A DNA stretch of 64,000 bases from an uncultured Acidobacteriaceae bacterium (lineage in GTDB: Bacteria > Acidobacteriota > Terriglobia > Terriglobales > Acidobacteriaceae): positions 54,095 to 118,094 of the forward strand of contig CAWHUJ010000009.1 in assembly GCA_963832465.1 (NCBI GenBank), given 5' to 3'. A model generated the notes under the pieces. The model had not been told where the DNA came from and did no database searches. It worked only from the letters and a program-made list of their open reading frames with translations. The position numbers and the translations under genes were made by a program. Positions 40,630 through 51,400 of the stretch are shown in pieces (position 1 is the first letter of the stretch; the number at the start of each line of letters is the position of its first letter).

Positions 40630-41595
40630 ATGGCCTACAGCGCACGTTTGGCTGGAATAACGACCGCGGTTTTCCTCACTCTGGCGGCTGCCGACCTGCG
40701 CAAGGCCGGAGCACAGGAAGCCTCACAGCCCCTCTACAAGAGTGAAACTCATCTGATCGACTTCACGTTCAGCGTACGCAAGCCTGACGGCACACTCGCT
40801 TCCGGCCTGACCCGCGATGACTTTCAAATCACTGAGGACGGCGTTCCGCAGAAGATTGCATTTTTTGGAACACAGGGCGACCTGCCCCTCTCGCTTGGCC
40901 TTATTGTGGATGCGAGCGACAGCCAGAGTAAATTCTTCAAGCGTCATCGCAACGACATCGAGCAGTTCCTGAAGGCCGTTGTGCGTCCGCAAGACGAAGT
41001 CTTCGCGGTCTGCTTTGGGAACCACCTGCGTCTCACCAGCAGCCTGACATCATCCACATCAACAGTGATGGACGGTTTGGACCGCTTCGACAAGGGCGAC
41101 CGGCATTTTCCGGAACTCGCCGCCCAGGACGATCGCGAGGGCGGAACCGCGCTCTATGACGCTATCTTCCACAGCATCCACGAAGAACTGGGCGAGGCAC
41201 GCGGACACCAGCGCGCTCTGATTCTCTTCACGGATGGCGAAGAAAATTCGAGCGCTCACGATTTACTTGACGCCATTGACGCGGCCCGAGAGAACGATAC
41301 GCTGATCTACGCCATTCGCTATACCGAACAGAAAGATCAGCGGAAGCCAGATGCCCGGCACGGCATGGCTGCACTCCATCACTTGGCGGCCGAGACCGGT
41401 GGCTCTGACTTCGACGCTCTGCACGCCGATATTGGCCAGGCATTCGCTCAGATTGCCCAGCAGCTTCGATCACTGTATTCGGTGGCCTATCACTCCACCA
41501 ACACCAAGCGTGACGGCACATTTCGACGGGTCGTGATTACGACCATGGACCCTGCCTACATCCTACAAGCCCGAACCGGCTACTACGCTCGCTGA
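40630..41595 (+). CDS. VWA-domain protein (acidobacterial type)
   Basis: GL.RDDF.I.EDGVPQKI, LIVDASDS (MIDAS), TALYDAI, FTDGE, AAETGG, ARTGYYA. Confidence 0.88.
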   Translation: MAYSARLAGITTAVFLTLAAADLRKAGAQEASQPLYKSETHLIDFTFSVRKPDGTLASGLTRDDFQITEDGVPQKIAFFGTQGDLPLSLGLIVDASDSQSKFFKRHRNDIEQFLKAVVRPQDEVFAVCFGNHLRLTSSLTSSTSTVMDGLDRFDKGDRHFPELAAQDDREGGTALYDAIFHSIHEELGEARGHQRALILFTDGEENSSAHDLLDAIDAARENDTLIYAIRYTEQKDQRKPDARHGMAALHHLAAETGGSDFDALHADIGQAFAQIAQQLRSLYSVAYHSTNTKRDGTFRRVVITTMDPAYILQARTGYYAR

Positions 41596-41596
41596 C

Positions 41597-42214
41597 TTAG
41601 CGAACCACGCCTGCGTCCTTCGTGGGCCAGTAGACAAAGACCGCCTTGCCGTAGATCAAATCGCGCTCGACAGAACCGAATTCCCGGCTGTCAGATGAAA
41701 TGGAGCGGTGGTCGCCCATCACGAAATAGCTCTCGTCAGGGATGATGGTCTCGGCCATAGACCGTGTATCGCGAAAGCGATCCGGCACATAGGCCTCATC
41801 CAGTTCGACCCCGTTGACCCACACGTGGCCGTCATTAATCCAGACGCGATCGCCCGGAAGGCCGATGACGCGCTTGATATAGCTCTTCGCTGGGTCGCGC
41901 GGATAGTGGAAGACCACAATGTCTCCGCGATGAATGGACTCAATGTGATAGACGAACTTGTTAATAAAGAGCCGGTCGTGGTCTTCGAGGCGCGGCAACA
42001 TGCTCGTACCTTCCACGCGCACCGGCTGGTAGAGGAACGTAATAATGAGGATTGAAACGCCCGCCGAAATCATCAGGTCGCGCAGCCATATCACCATTCC
42101 AGTTGACTTTGCGCGCGCGCCGACTACGGGATGCGGAGGTTGAAAGCTGCCGTTCTGGGGAGAAGGGCTCGCAGAAGATTCTGGCGTTACTGATTCGTCA
42201 AATTCCTTGTGCAT
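41597..42214 (-). CDS. lepB: Signal peptidase I
   Basis: VEGTSMLP.L, SYIKRVIGLPGD, GDHR..SSDSR.FG. Confidence 0.95.
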   Translation of the reverse strand: MHKEFDESVTPESSASPSPQNGSFQPPHPVVGARAKSTGMVIWLRDLMISAGVSILIITFLYQPVRVEGTSMLPRLEDHDRLFINKFVYHIESIHRGDIVVFHYPRDPAKSYIKRVIGLPGDRVWINDGHVWVNGVELDEAYVPDRFRDTRSMAETIIPDESYFVMGDHRSISSDSREFGSVERDLIYGKAVFVYWPTKDAGVVR

Positions 42215-42244
42215 CGTTTCTCTTGAATTCGCGGCGCTTCGTAT

Positions 42245-43174
42245 TTACTGGCAGCCGAGACCTCCAGGGGGACATAGAACCCGCGCGCGATTCGGCTTGT
42301 CTATCGGTTTAGGCTGATTCGGCGAGGGCACCAGCGAAGGCGCGCTTCCGGGAGCACCCACGCCAGCCAAGTTTTCTTCCTCGAGAATCAACGGCCGCTG
42401 CAATACCATTTCCACCTGCGTTCCACTTTCAATATTGACATCTGCGCCGCGAGTAAACAAGGAAACTAGCCCTGCCGCCGCAAGGCCTGCACCCATGCCC
42501 GCGATCCCACCTGCCAGCGGATGGCCTGAACCGAGCCCCGCAATCGAGCCAACGGTGCCGCCGGTAGGAATTCCCACTTCGGCGACCTTGCCCATATTGC
42601 GCGTCTTGTCGCCGTCCTGCTCGATAGTTCCCTCGCCGTCGTCTTTTACTGTCTGCTTCTTGGCTCCTGGCATGCTGTTAACTACACCTGGAATTTCAAC
42701 AACGCTTCCATTGGGAAAAATGATCGAGGTGAAGTGCATGTCCAGCTGCGACTTGCCTTTGACATGTCCGGCACGTTCCACGCGATCTACAACACCCTGT
42801 ACATAGACGCCTGCGGGAATCATCACCTTATTGCCCACGACCACCGGAAAGGTCGACGCCAAATAAACTCCATCTCCAGGCCGCGCGCTTCGCGTGTTGA
42901 TTCCACTTCGTAGTTGGAGCAGGATTTTGGTTCCAGCGGGCACTGTATACGTCTTCTGAGACGCACTTGACTGGTTTGCAGCGGCAATTTGCGATTGCCC
43001 TTCGGCCTTTAGAGACGGTGTTACCGGACCCGATCCCGGGGGCAACTGCGACTGTTCGGAAGCCGGGCTCGTCTGGTTTTGGCCTGTCTGACTCTGAACA
43101 TCGGTCTGAGCGGAGGCGCTCAGCACAAGTCCAAGAATGCAGGTGGCAGGCACACTCATTGTGAGCAGGCGCAT
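42245..43174 (-). CDS. Secreted hypothetical protein (TrbI/VirB10-like beta domain with Gly-zipper)
   Basis: Signal peptide, VPAGTKI.L.L, IPAG..V.G.V, Gly-rich helix, TRG.DV.I..GT. Confidence 0.65.
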   Translation of the reverse strand: MRLLTMSVPATCILGLVLSASAQTDVQSQTGQNQTSPASEQSQLPPGSGPVTPSLKAEGQSQIAAANQSSASQKTYTVPAGTKILLQLRSGINTRSARPGDGVYLASTFPVVVGNKVMIPAGVYVQGVVDRVERAGHVKGKSQLDMHFTSIIFPNGSVVEIPGVVNSMPGAKKQTVKDDGEGTIEQDGDKTRNMGKVAEVGIPTGGTVGSIAGLGSGHPLAGGIAGMGAGLAAAGLVSLFTRGADVNIESGTQVEMVLQRPLILEEENLAGVGAPGSAPSLVPSPNQPKPIDKPNRARVLCPPGGLGCQ

Positions 43175-43300
43175 TTGTCCCCCTCTCGCGAAGCTCCTAC
43201 AAAAATAGACGATCGAGGTGCAGTCAAGGGTAGCCTTTTCTCAAGACAACCCAACAAAATGCGGCACCCTCGCAGCGTCCGCCTCAGAAATCGCGTTACG

Positions 43301-44440
43301 ATGCAATCAACGATGACGACCGAAGACGGTTCTCGCTCAGCCAGTTCTGCCTTGCCGCAGGATCGGTTCGCGCCTCTATATGCCGTGCTTTCCGATGCGA
43401 TCGACCGCCGTGCCTTTCCCGGATGTGCCTTTGGCGTCCTCGTGGGCGACGAAGTTGTGCATCAGGGTGCTCTGGGTCGCTTTACGTACGACCCAGATGC
43501 GGAAAGCGTCGTTTCGAGCACTGTCTACGACATCGCGAGCATCACGAAGGTGCTGGCGACGACGGCCGCGGCGATGCTCCTGAGGCAGCGAGGCAGCCTG
43601 GATATCGATACTCCACTCGGCGAATTGCTACCCGGATTCGTTGTGGGGCGGCCATCAGGAGAGCACGCGCGTTTGGTCACGATCCGTCATCTGTTGTCCC
43701 ACAACTCCGGGCTGCCTGGCTACGTCGAGCTGTTTCGATCGGTCGCCACGCCGGAGGATCTCTTCCGTGCATGTCTTCAACTCCCTTTGGGAGCCGAGCC
43801 CGGCACACGCGCTGAGTACTCGGACATGGGATTTATTCTTCTCGGCAAGGCGCTTGAGCTGATTATGGGAGAAAGTCTGGGAGATTGGGTCAGTCGCGAA
43901 GTCTTCACCCCGCTCGGCGTGAGCGCGACAGGATTTACACCTCCGCTCGACGCGCGAGTGCACGTCCCGCCGACCGAAGTGGATAGCACGCTGCGTCATC
44001 GCGGCATCCAGGGCGAAGTGCAGGACGAACACGCGTGGCTGCTGCACGGAGTCGCCGGCCATGCAGGATTATTTTCGAATGTGCCGGACTTGCTCAGCTT
44101 CTCACGTGCAATTCTCAACAACTCCGGCGGTACGCCGCTCTTCGTGAAGGAAACAGTCGATCTCTTCGCGACTCGACAGGGGCCCGCGGGCAGCTCGCGC
44201 GCTCTCGGTTGGGACACCCCCTCGGAGAATTCATCGGCCGGAAGCCACTTTTCGGCTAATTCTATTGGGCACCTTGGTTACAGCGGTTGCTCTCTGTGGA
44301 TCGACTTGGATGCGCGTGTGGCCGTGGTACTCCTGACGAACCGCACATGGCCAGATCGTCAAAGTCAGCTCATCCGGGACGTGCGTCCAGCCTTTCATAA
44401 CGCGGTTCGCGAGTCACTGGTCGTTGGTAATTTGAGCTAG
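43301..44440 (+). CDS. Serine hydrolase (beta-lactamase/AmpC-like family)
   Basis: ASITK (SxxK), LLSHNSGLP, EYSDMGF, GVAGHAGLF, GHLGYSG. Confidence 0.88.
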   Translation: MQSTMTTEDGSRSASSALPQDRFAPLYAVLSDAIDRRAFPGCAFGVLVGDEVVHQGALGRFTYDPDAESVVSSTVYDIASITKVLATTAAAMLLRQRGSLDIDTPLGELLPGFVVGRPSGEHARLVTIRHLLSHNSGLPGYVELFRSVATPEDLFRACLQLPLGAEPGTRAEYSDMGFILLGKALELIMGESLGDWVSREVFTPLGVSATGFTPPLDARVHVPPTEVDSTLRHRGIQGEVQDEHAWLLHGVAGHAGLFSNVPDLLSFSRAILNNSGGTPLFVKETVDLFATRQGPAGSSRALGWDTPSENSSAGSHFSANSIGHLGYSGCSLWIDLDARVAVVLLTNRTWPDRQSQLIRDVRPAFHNAVRESLVVGNLS

Positions 44441-44521
44441 GTCCGGCGGTACCTGGGTGCCGTTTTTTTGACATTGGCTTGCAAGCTTTGCGAGTACAAT
44501 AGGAGTCTGGGGAAACTCTCG

Positions 44522-45499
44522 ATGCTTACCAGCACGACGACGCAGGAAGTGGCCGAAGCACATAAAAAAGAGGAAGCGCAAGACCCAGCCTCCTTGCTTC
44601 AACACCTAATCACTGAGAGCCAAAACGAGGCTTCTCAAGGATTTGACACAAAATCAGCACTCGAAATCGCCCGCATCATCAACCACGAAGATGCGAAGAT
44701 CGCAGCAGCGGTCAAGAAAGCGATTCCCGAGATCGCGCAGGTTATTGACCAGGTCGCGCGCAGCCTCCGTGATGGAGGCAGGCTGATCTACATTGGAGCC
44801 GGCTCAAGCGGTCGTATCGCAGCCCTGGACGCTTCGGAGTGTCCTCCGACCTATTCGACAGCCCCCGGGCAGATTCAATACATCATGGCCGGCGGGCCAA
44901 AGGCCCTCGCTTCTGCAGTCGAAGTCAACGAAGACTCAGAGGAACTTGGCCAGCGCGACATCGCGCGCCGCCGCCCGACCCGCAAAGACGTCGTGATCGG
45001 ACTCTCAGCTTCGGGACGAACCCCGTATGTGGTCGCCGCAGTAGCCTATGCCCGTGCTCGCGGTGCCCGGACTGCCGCCGTTACCTGCAACCATGGAACC
45101 CCGATTCAAGCAGCAGCTGACATCGCCATCGTTGCTGAAGTGGGCCCGGAGGTTGTCTCTGGTTCGACGCGCATGAAGGCCGGATCAGCGCAGAAGATGA
45201 TCCTGAACATGATTACGACCGGCGCAATGACGCGGCTCGGGTATGTGTACGAAAACCTCATGGTGAACGTGCATATGCAGAATTCGAAGCTGGTAGAACG
45301 TGGTATCCGCATCCTGATGAATGCCTGCAAGATCGATCGCGCCACCGCCGTGGACACGATCAAGTGTGCGGGGCGCAGTGTTCCCGTCGCGCTGGTGATG
45401 TTGAAGGCAAAGGTCGACAAGCCAGAAGCTGTCCGGCGGCTCGCCAAGTCAGACGGAAACGTACGCCTAGCCATCGAAGACAACGTCCTCGAACTCTAG
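44522..45499 (+). CDS. murQ: N-acetylmuramic acid 6-phosphate etherase
   Basis: GAGSSGR..LDASECPPT, ASGRTPYV, GPEVVSGSTRMKAG.AQK. Confidence 0.95.
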   Translation: MLTSTTTQEVAEAHKKEEAQDPASLLQHLITESQNEASQGFDTKSALEIARIINHEDAKIAAAVKKAIPEIAQVIDQVARSLRDGGRLIYIGAGSSGRIAALDASECPPTYSTAPGQIQYIMAGGPKALASAVEVNEDSEELGQRDIARRRPTRKDVVIGLSASGRTPYVVAAVAYARARGARTAAVTCNHGTPIQAAADIAIVAEVGPEVVSGSTRMKAGSAQKMILNMITTGAMTRLGYVYENLMVNVHMQNSKLVERGIRILMNACKIDRATAVDTIKCAGRSVPVALVMLKAKVDKPEAVRRLAKSDGNVRLAIEDNVLEL

Positions 45500-45613
45500 C
45501 GCGGCGAGCAAGAAGCCTCTTAGATTAAAGCCTCGTCGTGTGGCACCCTATTCGATACCTCAGGGTGCTGCTGGCCGGATTTACACTCAATCGCCAGGAG
45601 CATTGCTTCATTC

Positions 45614-46918
45614 ATGGATAAGTTCGTCATTCGCGGCGGCAATCCGCTCGTTGGCACCGTGCGTGTATCGGGCGCTAAGAATTCAGCGCTGCCCTGCATG
45701 GCAGCCGCCATCCTCACGGAAGGTGAGGTCCTTCTGGACAACATTCCTCAAGTACGCGACATCGCGACTGAGCGACGCTTGTTGGCCTCTATGGGAGCTG
45801 TGGTTGAGATTAGCTCTGGATCGGCTGGAGAGAGCACAAAGATCTCTTGTCGTACTCTCTCCGATCCCGTCGCGAAATACGAAATCGTAAAAACCATGCG
45901 TGCAAGTTCGCTGGTGCTCGGGCCCTTGGTTGCACGCGCAGGAATGGCCCGTGTTGCGATGCCAGGTGGATGCGCCATCGGTGGCCGCCCCATCGATCTG
46001 CACATCAAAGGCCTCGAAAAAATGGGCGCCACGATCGTACAGGAGCACGGTTATCTTGAAGCGCGCGCGCCTCGCCTTAGAGGCGCGCATATCGTCTTCG
46101 ACAAGATCACCGTTACCGGCACTGAAGACCTCCTGATGGCTGCCGTACTTGCGGAAGGGGAAACCCTGATGGAAAACTGTGCTCGCGAGCCGGAAGTAGC
46201 AGATCTCGCTGCGCTGTTAACACTGATGGGAGCGAAGATTGAAGGCGCAGGGACTTCGGCTATTCGGGTACAGGGCGTAAGCAGTCTGCAGGGAGCTCGC
46301 TATTGCATTAATCCCGATCGCGTCGAGGCGGGCACATTCCTTATTGCGGGCGCAATCACTGCCGGAGATCTGACCGTCGCCGGTTGTAACCCTGATCATC
46401 TTGGAGCATTGATCAACAAGCTTGAAGAGGCCGGGGTTCAAGTTCACACTCTCGATTCCTCATCGGTTCGAGTCGTCTCAGACGGACGCTTGCGCGCCGC
46501 CGATATCTCGACTGAAGAGTACCCGGGGTTCCCCACCGACATGCAGGCGCAGTACATGGCTCTAGCAACGCAGGCAGAGGGTGTGAGCCTTGTGAAGGAA
46601 AATATCTTTGAGAACCGCTTCATGCATGTGCAAGAACTGGTGCGCATGGGCGCGAACATCAAGGTAGACGGCAGAACCGCCACGGTGCGCGGTTCCGCGA
46701 AACTCTCAGCCGCAGCCGTAATGTGCTCGGACCTGCGTGCCTCCGCGTCCCTGGTGTTAGCAGCTCTGGTGGCGGACGGCGAGTCCATCCTCGACCGCGT
46801 TTATCACATGGATCGCGGTTATGAACGCATCGAAGAGAAGCTCAAAGGTGTGGGCGCGCAGATTCACAGAATGGGCGATGTATTTCCGGCGAAGGAAGCC
46901 GAAGGGTTCGCAGACTGA
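45614..46918 (+). CDS. murA: UDP-N-acetylglucosamine 1-carboxyvinyltransferase
   Basis: SGAKNSALP, MRAS..VLGP, PGGCAIG.RPIDLH, PGFPTDMQAQ, DLRASA. Confidence 0.97.
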   Translation: MDKFVIRGGNPLVGTVRVSGAKNSALPCMAAAILTEGEVLLDNIPQVRDIATERRLLASMGAVVEISSGSAGESTKISCRTLSDPVAKYEIVKTMRASSLVLGPLVARAGMARVAMPGGCAIGGRPIDLHIKGLEKMGATIVQEHGYLEARAPRLRGAHIVFDKITVTGTEDLLMAAVLAEGETLMENCAREPEVADLAALLTLMGAKIEGAGTSAIRVQGVSSLQGARYCINPDRVEAGTFLIAGAITAGDLTVAGCNPDHLGALINKLEEAGVQVHTLDSSSVRVVSDGRLRAADISTEEYPGFPTDMQAQYMALATQAEGVSLVKENIFENRFMHVQELVRMGANIKVDGRTATVRGSAKLSAAAVMCSDLRASASLVLAALVADGESILDRVYHMDRGYERIEEKLKGVGAQIHRMGDVFPAKEAEGFAD

Positions 46919-46928
46919 CTCCCGCAGC

Positions 46929-47339
46929 TCAGCTCCAGCTGGCTGCGAGATGCCACCGGAGACCACGATCAGCCGCCTTCTGCAACACGCGCTCATACTC
47001 ACGCAGCTCCAGCAAGATCGGAAATGTCTCCGAGCCAACGGCTGCCGGTCTCTCGCCCAGAAATTCAATCAACTTGCGGATCGTCGCCAGCCCATCGGGT
47101 GCTGTGAACCACTGGGGTTGAGGCAGATGCTGAGCCCACTCTGGACCGCCGGCTCCCTGCTCCAGCAAAAGCGCCATTGAATTTTCATCAGCGGAAAAAA
47201 AGCTAAGCAGCGGATTGACACGGAGAGTGGCTGCTAGCCGATCAAGGGCCTCTTCATTGCGGGCCAGCGCCCGACCATTAACGAAGATGTCGAAGCCCGG
47301 ATCCTCGCCTTCGACAACAATATAGAGACTCGCCGCCAT
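46929..47339 (-). CDS. Hypothetical protein
   Basis: Clean 136-aa ORF (MAASLYIVVEGEDPGFDIFVNG...RWHLAASWS) filling the gap. Confidence 0.7.
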   Translation of the reverse strand: MAASLYIVVEGEDPGFDIFVNGRALARNEEALDRLAATLRVNPLLSFFSADENSMALLLEQGAGGPEWAQHLPQPQWFTAPDGLATIRKLIEFLGERPAAVGSETFPILLELREYERVLQKAADRGLRWHLAASWS

Positions 47340-47535
47340 TGAAGAAAAGTTTAGGGTACAAAGTCGTTCCGTGGGTTGAAATTCCCGCAAGTGGTCATCC
47401 AATCAATTACGTGCGGCGTTGTCTTCATCGAGTTACCCAAGTTCGCCAAACACCCAATTTGGCCCAAAAGAGCTATACCCGGCGAGGCCCCGTCCCCTCT
47501 CTAATTGAATCGAGAACCGACAAGGTTGGGGGATT

Positions 47536-48882
47536 GTGGTGGACTGGAGCAAGCTGCCGGATCTTGCTGCTGTAGCGTTGCTGACATGCGCCTTTGCATC
47601 CGTCGCGCGCCGCGGTCAGACCTCCGTCTCCACACTTTGGCTCACGGGTTGGATCCTGATCGCAGTCCACTTCGCCTCATCTATGTTTCTCGGCTATTCC
47701 GGTATCGCTGGAATCATCGCCGGAGATCTCAGTCTGGCATCCCTTGTCGACGCCGGGGTCCTCTTCATGTACGCCTCGGTTCCCCACCGAGAAGAGCTCT
47801 CGAGCAAGCTCATGCTCCTTTCTCTGCTCGGAGCGAACACTCTCTACGTCTGCCTCCTAAACGTTAGCCCAGCCGGTGACTGGGCACTTACGCCGGTGGC
47901 AATCTTGTTTGGCGTATTTCCCCTCGGCATTTCTCTCACCAACATCGACACCGTCCAAAGCAGCCTGCGCTGGATGGTTGTCACTCTGTACTGTCTTCTC
48001 TCAGCTTTTCTGCTAGTTGTGCAGCATCAGCCAGATAGCGGGCCATCCCTAGCGCTCAATGGCGTACTGTTTACCGTCTATTTTGGATGCTGCCTCCACT
48101 TCTGGTTGTCTCTGCGTCGGACGACGGGCGGTGCGCTCATCACGATTGCAGGCTTCTTTGCTTGGTCCGCGGTGTTCGTGGTGGGGCCGGTCCTGGATGT
48201 TTTCGCGCCCAGCGCCCACGTCGATGACGAAGTCTGGAATCTGCCGAAGTACGTAGTGGCAGTTGGCATGATCCTGCTGCTGCTCGAAGAGCAACTGGAA
48301 CACAACAAATATCTGGCGCTGCACGACGAGCTTACGGGACTCCCGAATCGCCGCCTCTTTCAGGACCGTCTAGCCGTCGCTCTTGAACGCGCAAGACGCA
48401 ACCGCGCCAAGGTTGCCGTGCTCGTAATCGATCTTGACCGTTTCAAACAAGTGAATGACACGTTAGGTCATCACGCAGGCGATCAACTACTGCAACTGGT
48501 GAGCGCGATCTTCATGGGGCGCATCCGAAACTCGGACACGGTGGCTCGCACGGGCGGCGACGAGTTCTCAGTAATTCTTGAGAGCGCTGCTGACAAGGCG
48601 GGCGCAACCAGCGTCGCGCATTCCCTGCTGCGGTTTCTCAATTCTCCCCTGCAAATTCAGAATAGGACAGTTTGGGTGGGCGCAAGTATTGGTGTTGCGC
48701 TCTTCCCTGATGATGCCGAAGACATAGAATCTCTCTGCATTGCAGCTGATCTGCACATGTACACGGATAAAAACGGCGCAAGAGGGCGTTCTGAAATCTC
48801 CGAGAAGATACTTCCGCACTCCACCTTCGAAGGCACGATGCAAACAGATTTTCGCGTGACGCCTGAACGCTCCCGCGCCTGA
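47536..48882 (+). CDS. Membrane-bound diguanylate cyclase (GGDEF)
   Basis: Multiple TM segments, then HDELTGLPNR, DLDRFKQVND.LGH, ARTGGDEF. Confidence 0.93.
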   Translation: MVDWSKLPDLAAVALLTCAFASVARRGQTSVSTLWLTGWILIAVHFASSMFLGYSGIAGIIAGDLSLASLVDAGVLFMYASVPHREELSSKLMLLSLLGANTLYVCLLNVSPAGDWALTPVAILFGVFPLGISLTNIDTVQSSLRWMVVTLYCLLSAFLLVVQHQPDSGPSLALNGVLFTVYFGCCLHFWLSLRRTTGGALITIAGFFAWSAVFVVGPVLDVFAPSAHVDDEVWNLPKYVVAVGMILLLLEEQLEHNKYLALHDELTGLPNRRLFQDRLAVALERARRNRAKVAVLVIDLDRFKQVNDTLGHHAGDQLLQLVSAIFMGRIRNSDTVARTGGDEFSVILESAADKAGATSVAHSLLRFLNSPLQIQNRTVWVGASIGVALFPDDAEDIESLCIAADLHMYTDKNGARGRSEISEKILPHSTFEGTMQTDFRVTPERSRA

Positions 48883-48925
48883 GTCTCATCGGGCGTAACG
48901 TCGCGGCAATCAATCCTCGCAAGAA

Positions 48926-48951
48926 AGGCCTCGGGGTAAACCCCGAGGCCT
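48926..48951 (-). terminator. Intrinsic terminator of pnp
   Basis: AGGCCTCGGGG-TAAA-CCCCGAGGCCT, followed by a T-rich tail on the minus strand. Confidence 0.8.
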
Positions 48952-48973
48952 CTCCAATTACGTTGAGAGTAAA

Positions 48974-51400
48974 TTAGCCCTGGCTGCCACCATTGCCGGG
49001 ACCGCGTCCGCCACGGCGGCGTCTACGGCGGCGGTTATTGTTGTTGGCACCGCCCGGGCGTCCACCGCCGCTAGCCGGAGTTCCAGCCTGCACAGTCGCG
49101 CCATCAGCCCGGTTAAAGTTCGGCTCGTTCTCCTCGTCGAACTCTTCGCTTTCGTCCTCATCGAAGTCGTCTCCGCCTTCGATCATGATCGTGCTCTGAT
49201 TCGAACGCGGCTGACGTTCGTCGAACTCGCTGCGGGGCTTTGCCGGCGCAGGAGTTTCAGGAGCTTCGACGCTCGCCTCCTCAGGAGCTGACTGTGCCAG
49301 CTTTGCACGCTGTTCCTTGATGAGGGCTTTGCGGCTCAGCTTGATGCGGTTCCCTTCTATCGCCAGAACCTTCACCATCACCTGATCGCCTTCGCGAAGT
49401 TCGTCCTTTACTTCCTTCACCCGATGCTCAGCAATCTCGGAGATGTGCAACAGACCGTCGGTGCCTGGGAAGAGTTCGACGAAAGCACCAAACTCCGCAA
49501 GACGCACGACCTTGCCGAGGTAGGTCTTCCCCACTTCGGGCACCGCAGTGATGTCGTTGATGATGGCGAGCGCTTTCTTCAAGCCCTCGGCATCGCTGGA
49601 GGCCACGCTGACACGGCCGGAATCATCCACGTCGATCTTCGCGCCTGTCTGCTCGATGATGCCGCGAATCGTAGCTCCACCCTTGCCGATCAGATCGCGA
49701 ATCTTGTCGGTCGGAATCTGGACCGTTTCAATTCGTGGAGCATACTGCGAACGCTCGGCGTTCGGGCCATCGAGCGCAGCGTCCATCTTGTCGAGCAGAA
49801 AAACGCGGCCACGCCGTGCCTGCTCCATGGCTTGCTGCAGGATCTCGCGCGTCAGACCACCGATCTTAATGTCCATCTGGAGAGCGGTGATGCCTTTGCG
49901 CGTTCCGGCTACTTTAAAGTCCATGTCGCCGTAGTGATCTTCTGCCCCTGCGATGTCGCTAAGAATCGCGTAATCGTCTCCCTCCTTGACCAGGCCCATC
50001 GCAACACCAGCCACAGCACCCTTCAACGCGATACCCGCATCGAAGAGCGCGAGACTAGCGCCGCAGACCGAAGCCATCGACGAAGAGCCGTTCGACTCAA
50101 GGATGTCGGAGACAATCCGAATTGAATAAGGCGATTCATCAGCATTAGGCAAAACAGCAGAGATGGCACGTTCGGCCAATGCTCCGTGCCCCACCTCACG
50201 ACGCCCCACTCCTGTCATACGTCCTGTTTCACCAACGCTAAACGGCGGGAAGTTATAGTGAAGCATGAAGCGCTTCTTTTGCTCGCCTTCATAACTTTCC
50301 AGGCGCTGACTGTCGTCCATCGTGCCCAGAGTCGCCGTCACCAGGGCCTGAGTTTCACCGCGTGTGAAGACGGCTGAGCCGTGGGTACGGGGCAAAACGC
50401 GTGTTTCTATGCTGATGGGGCGAATCTCGTCAAACGCGCGCCGATCGGGTCGAATCCTATCCTTGGTTACCTGCTCACGGAAGATGCGCTCGCGCAGCAA
50501 TTCGTAATAAGTGCCGAGCTTCTTCTTGGCGTTAGGGTCATCCTGGGGAAGCTCTGCGGCGAATTCATCCTTGATTTGCTTGACCAGACCATAGCTCTCG
50601 GTCTTGCCGTGCGCCTTGGTATCGAGTGCGTCCTTGAGACGCTCGCCAACCTTGGCTTTGAGCGCATGTAGTATCCCTCGTCAAAGTCCGGCGCTGTGAA
50701 GGCACGCTTCGGCTTGCCGGCCTTGGCGACCAATTCGTCGATCGCGGCTACGATCTTCTTGATCTCGCCATGGGCAAACTCGATGGCGGCGAGAATGACT
50801 TCTTCGGTCTCTTCCTTGGCGCCGGATTCGATCATCACGATGCCGTCCTTGTGGCCGACGACCATGATGTTTAGCGTGGTGGCTGCGCGCTCGGAGTAAG
50901 TGGGGTTGATGACGAACTCGCCATCCACGCGACCCACGCGCACCGCACCAACAGTCGCACTAAAAGGAATGTCCGACAAGCGCCAGCGCACATGCGGCGG
51001 CATTGATACCGATTACGTCAGGATCGTTTTGCTTGTCGGCGGAGAAGACCAGCGCGATGACCTGCGTCTCGTTGCGGAAGCCATCAGGGAACAGCGGACG
51101 GATGGGGCGGTCGATCTGGCGGCAGGTAAAAATTTCCTTCTCGCTGGGCCGGCCTTCACGCTTGATAAAGCCGCCGGGAATGCGGCCGCCGGCGTAGGTG
51201 TATTCGCGATAGTCGACGGTGAGGGGGAAGAAGTCGATGCCCTCGCGGGGATCGGGAGAGGCAACCGCGGTGGCCAGCACCACAGTCTCGCCTGTAGACA
51301 CCAGCGCGGCGCCAGAGGCTTGCTTCGCCATGCGCCCGGTCTCAAATACCAGCCGCTTGCCGCCGGCAAGCTCGACAGCTACTTCATGCTTCGTAGACAT
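48974..51400 (-). pseudogene. pnp: Polyribonucleotide nucleotidyltransferase with two frameshifts (likely sequencing errors)
   Basis: [58 protein letters not shown] and S1 domains across three ORFs; breaks near 50980 and 50668. Confidence 0.92.

Noticed and set aside
42245-43174. VirB10-like gene as evidence of a conjugative/type IV secretion system
   Set aside because: No other T4SS genes nearby; a solitary secreted protein beside lepB.
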